DNA of 64,000 nucleotides, taken from NCBI GenBank assembly GCA_964194555.1, contig CAXMMT010000050.1, positions 5,842 through 69,841 of the forward strand, read 5' to 3'. A program made the translations under genes and the position numbers. This document shows positions 47,612 through 57,891 of this stretch, piece after piece. The notes under the pieces are model-generated. The model was given only the letters and a program-made list of their open reading frames with translations. It did no database searches and was not told the origin of the DNA. The stretch's first letter is position 1. Every line of letters starts with the position of its first letter. The DNA comes from an uncultured Boseongicola sp. (lineage in GTDB: Bacteria; Actinomycetota; Acidimicrobiia; Spongiisociales; ZC4RG35).

Positions 47612-48190
47612 GTGCAGCTGGTCGTCGGACTTCGCAATCCGGGAGTCGACTACGAACGAAGTCGGCATAACGTTGGGTTCGATGCGCTGGCACGAGTCGT
47701 CGATCGAGCCGATCAGTCTTTTCGCAGTGCGCCTTCGCGTGTGCGGGGGATGGTGGCCCAATCTGGGGTCGGCGAAGACCAGGTCCTCTTTTTCGCTCCC
47801 AACACCTACATGAACGCGTCTGGCTGGCCGGTCAAGGCTGCGATGGCCTACTACAAGGTTGCGTCTGGGGATCTGCTGGTGATTCACGATGACATCGACC
47901 TGGCTTTTGGTCGTCTCCGCATTCAGGTGGCCGGAGGCAGTGGCGGCCACAACGGGATTCGATCGGTCGAGAAGTCCCTTGGTACCAAGGAGTTCTCGAG
48001 ACTCAAGATCGGGGTGGGGAGGCCCCCAGGCTCCATGGATCCCGCGGACTTCGTCTTGCGCCATTTCTCGAAGGGTGAGCGTTCCGAGGTTGGGGTGCTG
48101 GTGGAAGATGCGGCCGACGTCGTGGAGCAGTGGCTTGGCAACAGGGACCGCGCTCAAGAGAACGCGGCACACCGCGGTCGAGATGCCTGA
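47612..48190 (+). CDS. pth: peptidyl-tRNA hydrolase
   Basis: ..[20 protein letters not shown].., ..HDDIDL..G..R.., ..GGHNGIRS.. GTG 47612 comes just after the rplY stop. Confidence 0.9.
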   Translation: MQLVVGLRNPGVDYERSRHNVGFDALARVVDRADQSFRSAPSRVRGMVAQSGVGEDQVLFFAPNTYMNASGWPVKAAMAYYKVASGDLLVIHDDIDLAFGRLRIQVAGGSGGHNGIRSVEKSLGTKEFSRLKIGVGRPPGSMDPADFVLRHFSKGERSEVGVLVEDAADVVEQWLGNRDRAQENAAHRGRDA

Positions 48191-49673
48191 GTACGTGGGC
48201 GCTCTCGATCAGGGCACTACATCCACGCGATTCATGGTGTTTGATCATGCTGGATCGGTGATCTCGCTTGATCAGAAGGAGCACAGTCAGATCTTCCCCG
48301 AACCGGGATGGGTGGAGCACGACCCGGGCGAAATCTGGCTGAACACGGTGTCGGTGATCGAGGGAGCCCTCTCCCGGGCCGGTCTCGATCCCGGCGACCT
48401 GGCGGCCGTGGGGATCACCAACCAACGAGAAACCACCGTTGTTTGGGATCGTTCCACGGGGGAGCCGGTAGCCAATGCGATCGTCTGGCAGGACACTCGA
48501 ACGGCCAGCCTCTGTAGGTCGCTCGAGGGTGACGAGGGACCTGATCGTTTCCGGGCGAGGACGGGTCTTCCTCTGGCAACCTATTTTGCCGGCCCGAAGG
48601 TTCGGTGGCTTCTCGACGAGCACGATCTGGGAGACCGGGCGGCCGGCGGTGAGCTTGCATTCGGCACCATCGACTCCTGGGTGGCGTGGAACCTGACCGG
48701 CGGTACCGAGGGTGGCCAACATGTAACCGATGTGACCAACGCGTCCAGAACCATGTTGATGGACCTGGCCACAACCACCTGGGACTCAGACCTGCTCATG
48801 GAATTTGGCGTGCCCACTCACATGCTTCCGGAGATTGTTGCCTCGGTCGGCCACATCGGATCGTGTGCCGGTCCGCTATCCGGTGTTCCGCTCACCGCGA
48901 TTCTCGGCGACCAGCAGGCGGCCCTCTTCGGGCAGGTCTGTTTCAAGCCTGGAGACGCCAAGAACACCTACGGCACGGGCAATTTCATGCTGATGAACAC
49001 CGGCACCGATCCGGTTCCGTCAGAATCCGGTCTTCTCAGCACTGTGGCGTATCGAATCGATGGTGATGAAACTGTTTATGCCCTCGAGGGCTCGGTTGCC
49101 GTCACCGGATCCCTGGTGCAATGGCTCCGGGACAATCTCGGGATCGTTGCCGAAGCATCCGAGGTCGAGGACCTGGCTCTGTCGGTCGAGGACAACGGAG
49201 ATGTCTACTTCGTTCCGGCATTTTCCGGTCTTTTTGCACCTCACTGGCGACCGGACGCCAGAGGGGTGATCACCGGCTTGACCCGTTTCGCCAACAAGGG
49301 TCACATCGCCCGCGCCGCTCTCGAGTCGACCGCCTATCAGACGAAAGACGTCTTCGATGCCATGACGGCAGATTCAGGGGTGAATCTGGGAGAACTGAGG
49401 GTTGACGGTGGCATGACGCACAATTTGCTTCTCATGCAGTTCCAGGCCGATCTGCTTGGGGTGGAGGTGGTCAGGCCCACCATCGCCGAGACGACTGCGT
49501 TGGGCGCGGCCTACGCCGCCGGTCTCGCCGTGGGGTTCTGGGCCGATTTCGATGAACTCACATCGCGGTGGGTCGAATCGGAGAGATGGGTGCCTGACAT
49601 GACCTCTGATGAACGCGCACGGATGCAGAGTCGTTGGCGCCAGGCGATCGATCGTTCGCTCGACTGGGTCTGA
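48183..49673 (+). CDS. glpK: glycerol kinase
   Basis: ..[15 protein letters not shown].. and full-length FGGY kinase similarity. ATG 48183 overlaps the pth end by 8 nt. Confidence 0.95.
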   Translation: MPEYVGALDQGTTSTRFMVFDHAGSVISLDQKEHSQIFPEPGWVEHDPGEIWLNTVSVIEGALSRAGLDPGDLAAVGITNQRETTVVWDRSTGEPVANAIVWQDTRTASLCRSLEGDEGPDRFRARTGLPLATYFAGPKVRWLLDEHDLGDRAAGGELAFGTIDSWVAWNLTGGTEGGQHVTDVTNASRTMLMDLATTTWDSDLLMEFGVPTHMLPEIVASVGHIGSCAGPLSGVPLTAILGDQQAALFGQVCFKPGDAKNTYGTGNFMLMNTGTDPVPSESGLLSTVAYRIDGDETVYALEGSVAVTGSLVQWLRDNLGIVAEASEVEDLALSVEDNGDVYFVPAFSGLFAPHWRPDARGVITGLTRFANKGHIARAALESTAYQTKDVFDAMTADSGVNLGELRVDGGMTHNLLLMQFQADLLGVEVVRPTIAETTALGAAYAAGLAVGFWADFDELTSRWVESERWVPDMTSDERARMQSRWRQAIDRSLDWV

Positions 49674-49750
49674 TGCTCTGGCCACCGCAGCGACCGTGGG
49701 CGTGCTTATGATCGGCGGGCTCAGGTGCCCCCCAACGCAAATACGATGAT

Positions 49751-49860
49751 GTTTCTGCGGACAGATGACCCCGCTCGCGGCGTCCTCGTCCTCGACGCAC
49801 CGCACCGGGTGCGTCTTCGTCCTGCGTCCTGGCGAGGCGTCGCCCCTGTCTCACCGAAAC
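49751..49860 (+). repeat. structured intergenic repeat, copy D (degenerate, core only)
   Basis: The core gcggcgtcctc..cctcgacgca[hairpin]gcgtcttcgt..tgcgtcctgg is alignable to copies A-C. It has its own closing stem gtttc/gaaac and apical hairpin gacgcac-cgcaccgg-gtgcgtc. Confidence 0.5.
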
Positions 49861-50463
49861 ATGCGACCATACTTACGTTGGAGAGCACTTAGCCGAGGAG
49901 GCGATATCTCCGTTCCGAATGCGTTGGCGCTGGCTCGGATCGCCATGGTCGTGCCGATCATGGCCTTCACGCGGGCCGACAGGATCGACAACCACTTTGT
50001 CATCGCGGCAGGGATTTTCGCGATCGCGGCGTTTACAGATTTCCTCGACGGCTACCTGGCGCGCCGCTATTCGGAGGAGAGTGTTCTCGGTGGCTTCCTC
50101 GACACCACGGCCGACAAGATCCTTGTCACCGGCACGCTCCTCGCCCTCGTTTCGGTCGGCAGGGTCTCCATCTGGCCTGCCGCCATCCTCATCTTCAGGG
50201 AGTTCGCGGTGATGGCCCTGCGGGGTGTTGTCGCCCAGCGAGGTGGACTGATCAAACCCTCGACCTGGGGAAAGATCAAGACGGTGGCCCAGTTCCTTGC
50301 CATCTTCCTTGCATTCGTCCGTCTCTCGGAACCATGGGGACCCTGGTACTTGGACCAGTGGGCGATGCTCTTCGCGGTGATCGCCACGCTCGGGTCGGCG
50401 TCGGGGTACATGGTCGCGTTCTGGCACACCGTCCGAACGGAGCCAACCGAAGTCAAGACGTGA
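49861..50463 (+). CDS. pgsA: CDP-alcohol phosphatidyltransferase (PgsA-like)
   Basis: CDP-alcohol motif D(F)LDGYLAR...G..LD..ADK (TDFLDGYLARR...FLDTTADK). The start at ATG 49861 is assumed. Confidence 0.8.
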   Translation: MRPYLRWRALSRGGDISVPNALALARIAMVVPIMAFTRADRIDNHFVIAAGIFAIAAFTDFLDGYLARRYSEESVLGGFLDTTADKILVTGTLLALVSVGRVSIWPAAILIFREFAVMALRGVVAQRGGLIKPSTWGKIKTVAQFLAIFLAFVRLSEPWGPWYLDQWAMLFAVIATLGSASGYMVAFWHTVRTEPTEVKT

Positions 50464-51440
50464 GGGTCGCCATCACTGGTGGCTCAGGTGTGGTGGGCGC
50501 GGCGGTTACCAGCCATCTCGTCGAGTCAGGATTCGAAGTCAGGGCTCTTGCCCGCTCGACACGATCCGGGTCCAAGGTCGCCTCTCTCGGAGCAACGCCC
50601 GTCCCTGGCGATGTCCTCGACTACGAGAGCGTTCGCTCGCTGGTCGATGGTTGCGAGTGGGTGTTTCACGTCGCCGGAGTGAACGAGATGTGCACCAGGG
50701 ATCCGAGCCATATGTGGCGGGTCAACGTCGAAGGAACCCGGCTGGTGATGAATGCCTGCCGGGAAGCAGGAGTTTCGAGACTGATCCACACTTCGTCGGT
50801 TGTGACTATCGGGGAGCGGAGAGGGGAGAGGGCCGCAGAGTCGACCACCCACCGCGGGTTCTACCTGTCGGAGTACGAGCGAACCAAGACCGAAGCTGAA
50901 CGACTTCTCTTCTCGGAGGCGCGCGGCCTGGACGTCGTGGCGGTCAATCCGTCATCGGTTCAGGGCCCTGGCCGGGCGACGGGAACGGGTCGGATCATCC
51001 TCGATGCCGCCAAGGGGAAGTTGCCCTTTCTGATCGACACCACCATCTCTCTCGTCGATATTGACGACTGCGCCCGCGGTCACCTTCTGGCGGCCCGCCG
51101 CGGAGCGTCCGGAGAGCGATATTTGCTCAGCGGTGCGACTCTGACGATGCGGGAGGCTGTCGCTCTGCTGTCGGAAGTGACAGATGACGAGGTGTCTCCT
51201 CGTTTTCTTCCGACCGGCGTCGTGCACGCCATATCCGTGGTCGCGGAGATCGCCTTCGGGGTGATCCGGCGCCGCCCACCAATCTGCCGGGAGGCGGTTC
51301 GGGTCATCGACCACGGTCATCACTGCGACGGGAGTCGTGCAACAACCGAACTCGGTCTCCACTACACCCCGGTAGGGGAGACGATCCGGCGCACGATCGA
51401 GTGGTTCGCGGATGAGGGACTCCTTCAACTGAGCAATTAG
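50460..51440 (+). CDS. NAD-dependent epimerase/dehydratase family (extended SDR) protein
   Basis: N-terminal Rossmann motif ITGGSGVVG and a YxxxK motif (YERTK). GTG 50460 overlaps the pgsA stop. Confidence 0.8.
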   Translation: MRVAITGGSGVVGAAVTSHLVESGFEVRALARSTRSGSKVASLGATPVPGDVLDYESVRSLVDGCEWVFHVAGVNEMCTRDPSHMWRVNVEGTRLVMNACREAGVSRLIHTSSVVTIGERRGERAAESTTHRGFYLSEYERTKTEAERLLFSEARGLDVVAVNPSSVQGPGRATGTGRIILDAAKGKLPFLIDTTISLVDIDDCARGHLLAARRGASGERYLLSGATLTMREAVALLSEVTDDEVSPRFLPTGVVHAISVVAEIAFGVIRRRPPICREAVRVIDHGHHCDGSRATTELGLHYTPVGETIRRTIEWFADEGLLQLSN

Positions 51441-51474
51441 TCTCCCCGAGCCAAGGTCTCGCAGAAGGAGAGTT

Positions 51475-53403
51475 GTGCCCCATTTTCACCCTGATGGCAA
51501 TGAGCCGTCGTCATTCACCAAGGCTTTCCAAGCGATTCAGCGGGAGACCTTGCCCTTTGATGACGAGCGGGATTTCGAGGAACAGCACCGAGGATTCATA
51601 GCCAAGCCGGATTACACCCAAATCATGTCTGATGCCGGCAACGTTGCCTGGGACATGGAGCGGTACGACTTTCTGCTGGAGGGCGAGGACTTCGACAGCA
51701 TTCACCCCTCTTTGCAGCGCCAGGCCATCCTCAACATGAATTACGGCCTCTATGAGGTGATGCCCGGGATCTGGCAGGTCCGTGGTTTTGATCTCTCCAA
51801 CGTGACCTTCATCGAAGGTGAGACGGGGTGGGTTGTCTTCGACACCGCCACTGCCGTGGAGACCGCTCGCGCCGCCCTGGCATTCATCAACTCCCAACTG
51901 GGGGAGCGGCCCGTCACCGCAGTTGTCCACTCCCACTCCCATGCCGACCATTTCGGTGGTGTGCGAGGCGTTGTAGACGAGACCGACGTGCGTTCGGGGA
52001 GGGTCCCCATCATCGTCCCCGATGGCTTCATGGAGCACGCAGTCGCTGAGAACGTCTACGCCGGCAACGCGATGAATCGCCGTCTGTTCTTTCAGTATGG
52101 AGTCCTGACTCCAGCCAACCCATACGGTCACGTCGACCAGGCAATTGGCAAGAACGTGGCCGCCGGAACGATGAGCCTCATCCCTCCCACAGTGGTCGTG
52201 ACCGAGGACATCGAAGAACATGTCGTCGATGGTGTCCGCATGGTGTTTCACAACACGCCGGGGACCGAGGCTCCGGCCGAGATGAACACCTATTTCCCCG
52301 ATCTCAAGGCGTTCTGGGCGGCGGAGAACGTGACCGCCACGATCCACAACATCTATACGCTCCGCGGTGCCTTGGTCCGCGACGCTCTACGCTGGTCAAA
52401 GAAGATCGGGGAGGCGTTGTATCTCTTTGGCCAGGAGGCGGAAGTCATGTTTGCCTCACACAACTGGCCGCGGTGGGGTAACGCACGGATCCAGGAGGTG
52501 TTGCGCGCTCAGCGTGATGGGTACGCCCATCTCAACAACGGTGTGCTCCATCTGGCCAACCAGGGTGTGACCGTCAACGAGATCCACAACATCTACCAGC
52601 CGCCACTCTCCCTTCGTAAGCAGTGGGTCGCCAGGAGCTATCACGGGTCCGTCGAGCACAACAGTCGGGCGGTTGTCAATCGATATCTCGGATATTGGGA
52701 CGGAAACCCGACGACTCTGATACCACTCTCCCCGCACGCCTCGGCTCCGCTCTACGTCGAGATGATGGGCGGAGCAGAGCCCATCCTTGCCAAAGGAAAA
52801 GAGCTTTACGACGCGGGTCGTTATCGCGATGCGCAGGAGATCGTCAACAAACTCGTCTACGCCGAGCCGGAGAGCACTCAGGCAAAGGACCTTCTGGCCG
52901 CGATCTTTGAACAAATCGGGTATCAGCAGGAGAGCCCCAGCGTCAGAAATAGCTTCCTCAGCGCCGCCTTCGAATTGCGATCGGGGATCCCCAAGGGAGT
53001 GTCACCATCGACCGGCCCCGATGTTCTTCGTGCGCTGACAACGGAGATGTTCTTTGACTATCTGGCGATTCGCTTGGACAGCTCTCAAGTCGAGGATGTT
53101 GAGTTCGTGGCCAACGTCAGCCATCCCGACACCGGCGAGAAACTCGTCCTGGAGCTTTCCAACGGCACTCTGACCACTCAGATCGGGTTTGCAGCGTCCG
53201 AGCCAACATTCACATTGACGATTGACCGGGCGGACTTCGAAAGTGTGATCGTGGGGGCCTCGACCCTCAGCGAGCTGGTCGCAGGGGGGAGGGGCTCTGT
53301 TGATGGAGACGCCAGCGGGCTGCATGCCCTTTTCGGCGCCCTCATCGACTTGGACCTTCTTTTTGAGATGATGCCGGTAACTCTTGTGACGGGGCAAGAG
53401 TGA
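51475..53403 (+). CDS. alkyl/aryl-sulfatase (MBL-fold, SdsA1/Bds1-like)
   Basis: Metallo-beta-lactamase motif HSHSHADHFGG, an alkyl-sulfatase dimerisation region and an SCP2-like C-terminus. Confidence 0.85.
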   Translation: MPHFHPDGNEPSSFTKAFQAIQRETLPFDDERDFEEQHRGFIAKPDYTQIMSDAGNVAWDMERYDFLLEGEDFDSIHPSLQRQAILNMNYGLYEVMPGIWQVRGFDLSNVTFIEGETGWVVFDTATAVETARAALAFINSQLGERPVTAVVHSHSHADHFGGVRGVVDETDVRSGRVPIIVPDGFMEHAVAENVYAGNAMNRRLFFQYGVLTPANPYGHVDQAIGKNVAAGTMSLIPPTVVVTEDIEEHVVDGVRMVFHNTPGTEAPAEMNTYFPDLKAFWAAENVTATIHNIYTLRGALVRDALRWSKKIGEALYLFGQEAEVMFASHNWPRWGNARIQEVLRAQRDGYAHLNNGVLHLANQGVTVNEIHNIYQPPLSLRKQWVARSYHGSVEHNSRAVVNRYLGYWDGNPTTLIPLSPHASAPLYVEMMGGAEPILAKGKELYDAGRYRDAQEIVNKLVYAEPESTQAKDLLAAIFEQIGYQQESPSVRNSFLSAAFELRSGIPKGVSPSTGPDVLRALTTEMFFDYLAIRLDSSQVEDVEFVANVSHPDTGEKLVLELSNGTLTTQIGFAASEPTFTLTIDRADFESVIVGASTLSELVAGGRGSVDGDASGLHALFGALIDLDLLFEMMPVTLVTGQE

Positions 53404-54263
53404 TGACTGAGACACTGGCGACGATCGCCAATCTGGCGATTCTGACTTTCGTCCTTGCCTCGATGGTGTCGATGGGGCTCTCCCTCACGACGACCCAGGT
53501 GATCGAGCCTCTCAAGAACCCGGGGTTGATCGCACAGGCCCTGCTAGCGAACTTCGTTCTGGCGCCACTTGCAGCCTGGGGAATCGCAGAGTTGGTAGGG
53601 CTGAGCGATTCGACTGCGTTGGGACTGATCCTCATCGGAAGCGCCGCAGGCGCCCCTTTTCTCCCCAAGCTTGCTCAGATGGCGAAGGGAGACGTCGCTT
53701 ACTCGGTCGGTCTGATGACTCTCCTCATGGTGGTGACTGTCGCATTCATCCCTCTGGTCCTGGGTACCCTGATCGATTCTGTCGAGGTGAGTGCCTGGGA
53801 GATAGCAAAGCCGCTGCTCCTCGGGATGCTGTTGCCGCTCGGTCTGGCCCTGTTGGTGCGAGCCAGATATGACGATGCCAAGAACGTGGCGCCGGCCCTC
53901 AACCAGATCTCAACGATGGCTCTGGCGCTGGGCGGGGTCATCGCCCTTGTGCTCGTTCTTCCGACGATGATCGACTCCTTCGGGACCGGGGCGTATATCG
54001 CCTTGATCCTCTTTCTGGTCGCCACCCTGGCTGCGGGGTATCTCCTTGGTGGGAAAGAGCGTGCCACCAGGGTCGTTTCGGGACTGGGTACGGCTCAGCG
54101 AAACCTCTCGGCTGCCCTTCTCATCGCCAGCACGAGTTTCGCCGGCGACGGAGAGGTTTTCGTCATGGTCATGTTGGCGTCTGTGGTGATGCTGGTGGTT
54201 CTGTTACCGCTAGCCGCCGAGCTTGGCCGCCGGGCATCTGGAGAACAGGTCGAACGTTTGTAG
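53400..54263 (+). CDS. bile acid:sodium symporter (BASS) family transporter
   Basis: 287-aa polytopic protein with BASS/ACR3-like repeats. Its start (GTG 53400 or ATG 53403) overlaps the sulfatase stop. Confidence 0.75.
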   Translation: MMTETLATIANLAILTFVLASMVSMGLSLTTTQVIEPLKNPGLIAQALLANFVLAPLAAWGIAELVGLSDSTALGLILIGSAAGAPFLPKLAQMAKGDVAYSVGLMTLLMVVTVAFIPLVLGTLIDSVEVSAWEIAKPLLLGMLLPLGLALLVRARYDDAKNVAPALNQISTMALALGGVIALVLVLPTMIDSFGTGAYIALILFLVATLAAGYLLGGKERATRVVSGLGTAQRNLSAALLIASTSFAGDGEVFVMVMLASVVMLVVLLPLAAELGRRASGEQVERL

Positions 54264-54277
54264 CATCGCCGGTCCCC

Positions 54278-57200
54278 ATGGCTGCTCCACTAGCACCTCT
54301 TCTCTCGGGCTGGCGTTCCGCGCCGCTCCCTGACCTCGACTCCGTCTGGGCGGTCGCCCCCGGGGGAAGGGCGTATGCGCTGGCCGGTCTCTTCGAGAGT
54401 CTGGGTGAGACATTGCTAGTGATCCTGCCGGGGGAGAGTGACGCCGAGGAGCTTGTCGATGACCTCAGTCTCTTCACCAGTGAAGTCGTGTTCGCCCCGG
54501 CCTGGGAGACCCTGCCCTTCGAGCACGTCTCGCCCAATACGGCGACGATGGCGATGCGCGCTCGGGCGCGTCATCAACTGGTCTCAGGTGCGCCGGTCAT
54601 CATCGTTGCCAGCGTCAGAAGCGCCATTCAGCGGATCAGCGTCTCGGATGTCACCCCCATTTCGTTGAATCCCGGTGACGAGATCGAGATGGATGGCCTC
54701 ACACGGGCACTTGGCAGAGCCGGCTATCACCGCACCGACCGTGTCGAGGCACGAGGCGAGTTTGCGGTCAGAGGCGGGATTGTCGATGTCTTCCCCGCTC
54801 AGTCCGAGCAACCAACCCGTCTCGACTTCTGGGGGAACCAGCTCGACGAGATAAGGCGATTCTCGGTCGCGACCCAGAGGTCACTGGACCTGGTGGACAG
54901 CTTCGTTGCCTACCCGGCCCGGGAGGTGAGACCCGACATCGATGTCCGGGAGCGTGCGGCCGGCTTGGTGACGACCGAGGCCTGGGCCGCCTCGACATGG
55001 GATCGCATTGCAGAGGGTCAGTTGTTCCCTGGCATCGAGTCATGGCTGCCATGGCTCGCCGATGAGCGCTGCATGTTCGACGACCTTCGGTCTTCCGGCC
55101 ACCTTGTTCTTGTCGACCCGACCCGCAGCCTCGATCGCTGCCGCGACCTGATCAAAGAAGAGGCTGAGTTGGCTGCGGCGCTGGCTCCCACCTGGGGCGA
55201 GGCGGCGCCTGAGGCGGGAGATCATCCGGCCCTCTTTCTCGATCTGGAGAACGCCATTGGGGGGAGAGCTCATCTCCGCATTCCGTCGTCGCCGACAGTA
55301 CCCGGCGACAGGGTGTTCGAGATCACCACTCTCGACGCCACCGCGGGTGACCCCGAGTCGGTGGCTGCCGGACTGAGCCGGTTGTTTCAGCGAGAGATAT
55401 CGGTCGTGGTCGCCATGGATGGTGAGACGGCCGCCGACCGTGTCGCGGGAACCCTCGCAGATCAGGGTCTGGCAATAGATCGACTCGAAGCTCTGACCAG
55501 TCTCCGATCGGCCGTCGTTTCGGTTGGCATACATAAGGGCTTTGTCGCTCCAGGCCTTGGTGTGGCGGTGCTGGGCGAGCAGGAGATAGCGGGGAGACGC
55601 CGGGCTCATCGCAGGACGGGGCGAATCGCCTCGCCGCCGCGGCAGCAGTACCAGGACCTCACCGAAGGCGATTATGTCGTTCACTTCCAGCACGGCATTG
55701 GCCGATTCGAGGGATTGGTCACCCGGACGATGGTCGGGATCGAGCGGGACTACCTGATAATCGCATACGCGAGAGGGGACAAGCTCTACGTCCCGGTGGA
55801 CCAGCTTGCCGCGGTCAAGCGATACACCGGTGGGGAGGCTCCCCGGGTTTCGCGGATGGGTGGCAAGGACTGGTCGGAGCAAAAGACCCGTGTTCGCAGG
55901 GCCGTGGCCGTGGTTGCCGCTCAGGTAGTGGAGCTTCATCGCCAGAGGGCGCTCGCCACCGGTCATGCATACGAGCCCGACACCCCCTGGCAGCACGAGT
56001 TGGAGGCGTCGTTTCCGTTCGAGGAGACTCTTGACCAGATCAAGGCGATCGGAGATGTCAAGACCGATATGGAGACCGTTACCCCTATGGACCGCCTCAT
56101 ATTTGGCGATGTCGGCTTCGGAAAGACCGAAGTGGCGATCAGGGCAACCTTCAAGGCGGTTCAGGACGGTCGCCAGGTCGCGATTCTCTGCCCGACGACA
56201 CTGCTTGCCCAGCAGCATCACCAGGTGTTCTCGGACCGTCTTGCCCCTTATCCGGTTCGGGTCGAGGTCTTGTCCAGATTTCTCACGACCAAACAACAGA
56301 GACAGGTTGTGGAGGGCCTGGCGACAGGTGAGGTCGATCTCGTCATCGGCACGCACCGGCTTCTCTCAGAAGACATTCGCTTCAAGCGTCTTGGGCTTTT
56401 GGTCATCGACGAGGAGCAGCGATTCGGGGTCAACGCCAAGGACGCCATGAAGCGGCTCAAAGTCGGAGTAGACGTGCTCACTCTGACGGCCACCCCTATT
56501 CCCCGCACTCTCGAGCTGGCGCTTACCGGGATTCGTGATGTGTCACACATCCGGACACCGCCCGAGGATCGCCATCCGATACTCACCTATGTGGGTTCCT
56601 TCGACGAGCAAGCCGTATCGGCCGCGATCCGACGAGAGTTGCTCAGAGAGGGTCAAGTCTTCTACGTCCACAATCGCGTCCAATCGATCGATCGTGCCGT
56701 TGCCCGGTTGAGGGAATTGGTCCCGGATGCCCGATACGCGATCGCCCACGGGCAGATGTCCGAGGGAAAACTCGAACAGGTGATGATCGACTTCTGGAAT
56801 GGCGAATACGACGTGCTGGTGGCGACGACCATCATCGAGTCGGGGCTCGACCTTCCCAAGGTCAACACATTGGTGGTCGAGCGGGCCGATCTTCTCGGTC
56901 TTGCCCAGTTGTATCAGTTGCGGGGACGTGTCGGCAGATCGAGTCAAAGGGCGTATGCCTATCTGTTCCATCCTCAGGATCAGTCGCTCAGCGAAGATGC
57001 GCACAGACGTCTCCAGGCGATCGGTGAGTCGACTGATCTCGGTTCCGGCTTCCAGCTTGCCCTACGGGACCTGGAGATTCGAGGGGCGGGGTCGATCCTC
57101 GGCGAAGTGCAGAGCGGGCACATAGCGGCCGTCGGATTCGATCTCTACGCAGAGCTCGTGGCCGAAGCCGTGAAAGAGATGGAAGGCAAGCCCATCGAGG

Positions 57201-57631
57201 ACACCGGCCCACCGGAGATCCGGATCGATCTTCCGGTGGATGCCCACCTCCCGGATTCGTATATAGCCGACCAGGAGCTGCGATTGGAGGCGTACCGCCG
57301 GCTCGCAGCCGCGATCACCGAAAGCGACGTGGGCGATGTCGCAGCCGAGTGGGTCGACCGATTCGGGCCACTCCCAGCCGCGGCGGTTGCATTGATCGAA
57401 CTAGCCCAACTACGGGTGGAGGCTATCCGGATCGGTGTCGGTGAGATCGTCAAGCTCCGTCATGAGATCCGAATCTCACCCGTCGACTTCAAGCCCTCCC
57501 AGGAGGTGCGACTAAAGCGTTTGCAGCCTCGCGCCGTGCTTCAGGCTCGCGATGGAGTCCTCTTCATTCCGGCGACGGAGCCGTTGGTCGAGACCCTGGT
57601 GAGGTTCATCGGCGAGATGTGGAAGACCTGA
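54278..57631 (+). CDS. mfd: transcription-repair coupling factor
   Basis: 1117-aa protein with an RNAP-interacting CarD-like domain, SF2 helicase motifs (GDVGFGKTEVA, DEEQRFG) and a TRG motif region. Confidence 0.95.
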   Translation: MAAPLAPLLSGWRSAPLPDLDSVWAVAPGGRAYALAGLFESLGETLLVILPGESDAEELVDDLSLFTSEVVFAPAWETLPFEHVSPNTATMAMRARARHQLVSGAPVIIVASVRSAIQRISVSDVTPISLNPGDEIEMDGLTRALGRAGYHRTDRVEARGEFAVRGGIVDVFPAQSEQPTRLDFWGNQLDEIRRFSVATQRSLDLVDSFVAYPAREVRPDIDVRERAAGLVTTEAWAASTWDRIAEGQLFPGIESWLPWLADERCMFDDLRSSGHLVLVDPTRSLDRCRDLIKEEAELAAALAPTWGEAAPEAGDHPALFLDLENAIGGRAHLRIPSSPTVPGDRVFEITTLDATAGDPESVAAGLSRLFQREISVVVAMDGETAADRVAGTLADQGLAIDRLEALTSLRSAVVSVGIHKGFVAPGLGVAVLGEQEIAGRRRAHRRTGRIASPPRQQYQDLTEGDYVVHFQHGIGRFEGLVTRTMVGIERDYLIIAYARGDKLYVPVDQLAAVKRYTGGEAPRVSRMGGKDWSEQKTRVRRAVAVVAAQVVELHRQRALATGHAYEPDTPWQHELEASFPFEETLDQIKAIGDVKTDMETVTPMDRLIFGDVGFGKTEVAIRATFKAVQDGRQVAILCPTTLLAQQHHQVFSDRLAPYPVRVEVLSRFLTTKQQRQVVEGLATGEVDLVIGTHRLLSEDIRFKRLGLLVIDEEQRFGVNAKDAMKRLKVGVDVLTLTATPIPRTLELALTGIRDVSHIRTPPEDRHPILTYVGSFDEQAVSAAIRRELLREGQVFYVHNRVQSIDRAVARLRELVPDARYAIAHGQMSEGKLEQVMIDFWNGEYDVLVATTIIESGLDLPKVNTLVVERADLLGLAQLYQLRGRVGRSSQRAYAYLFHPQDQSLSEDAHRRLQAIGESTDLGSGFQLALRDLEIRGAGSILGEVQSGHIAAVGFDLYAELVAEAVKEMEGKPIEDTGPPEIRIDLPVDAHLPDSYIADQELRLEAYRRLAAAITESDVGDVAAEWVDRFGPLPAAAVALIELAQLRVEAIRIGVGEIVKLRHEIRISPVDFKPSQEVRLKRLQPRAVLQARDGVLFIPATEPLVETLVRFIGEMWKT

Positions 57632-57656
57632 CCTACAGAAACTCGTCTCACGGATC

Positions 57657-57674
57657 GGGAACCCGTGTTCCCTT
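57657..57674 (+). terminator. weak hairpin after mfd
   Basis: gggaac-ccgt-gttccc followed by tt. The stem is short and the U-tract poor. Confidence 0.3.
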
Positions 57675-57689
57675 AAGAGCGTCCAATAC

Positions 57690-57856
57690 CTAGTGGTCCG
57701 TCGCCCAAATAGCTACGCGGTCTCACCGGCCCTCGACGCCCCTGGCGGCGTCCTCCGCCTCGACGCAGCTAAGGCTGCGCCTTCGTTGTGTGTCCTTGCC
57801 AGATGACGCCGATGACTCGGTGACACCGCGGCATCAATTGAGCGACAGACCACTAG
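57690..57856 (+). repeat. structured intergenic repeat, copy C (most complete copy)
   Basis: The terminal arms ctagtggtccgtcgc / gcgacagaccactag pair at 14 of 15 positions, and the inner arms gcggtctcaccg / cggtgacaccgc at 11 of 12. The apical hairpin is cgcagc-taag-gctgcg. Confidence 0.85.
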
Positions 57857-57891
57857 CATCTGCCAAACTTCCTCCTGTAAAGGATCTTCTC

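Noticed and set aside
55040-56356. 438-aa ORF antisense to mfd, together with similar long antisense ORFs at 60416..61690 (eno), 59421..60263 (mazG), 51511..52347 (sulfatase), 47450..48172 (pth), 48003..48722 (glpK), 25287..26249 (korA), 8622..9425 (atpA), 10181..10915 (atpG) and 11502..12230 (atpD)
   Set aside because: All are shadows of confidently identified genes on the opposite strand.
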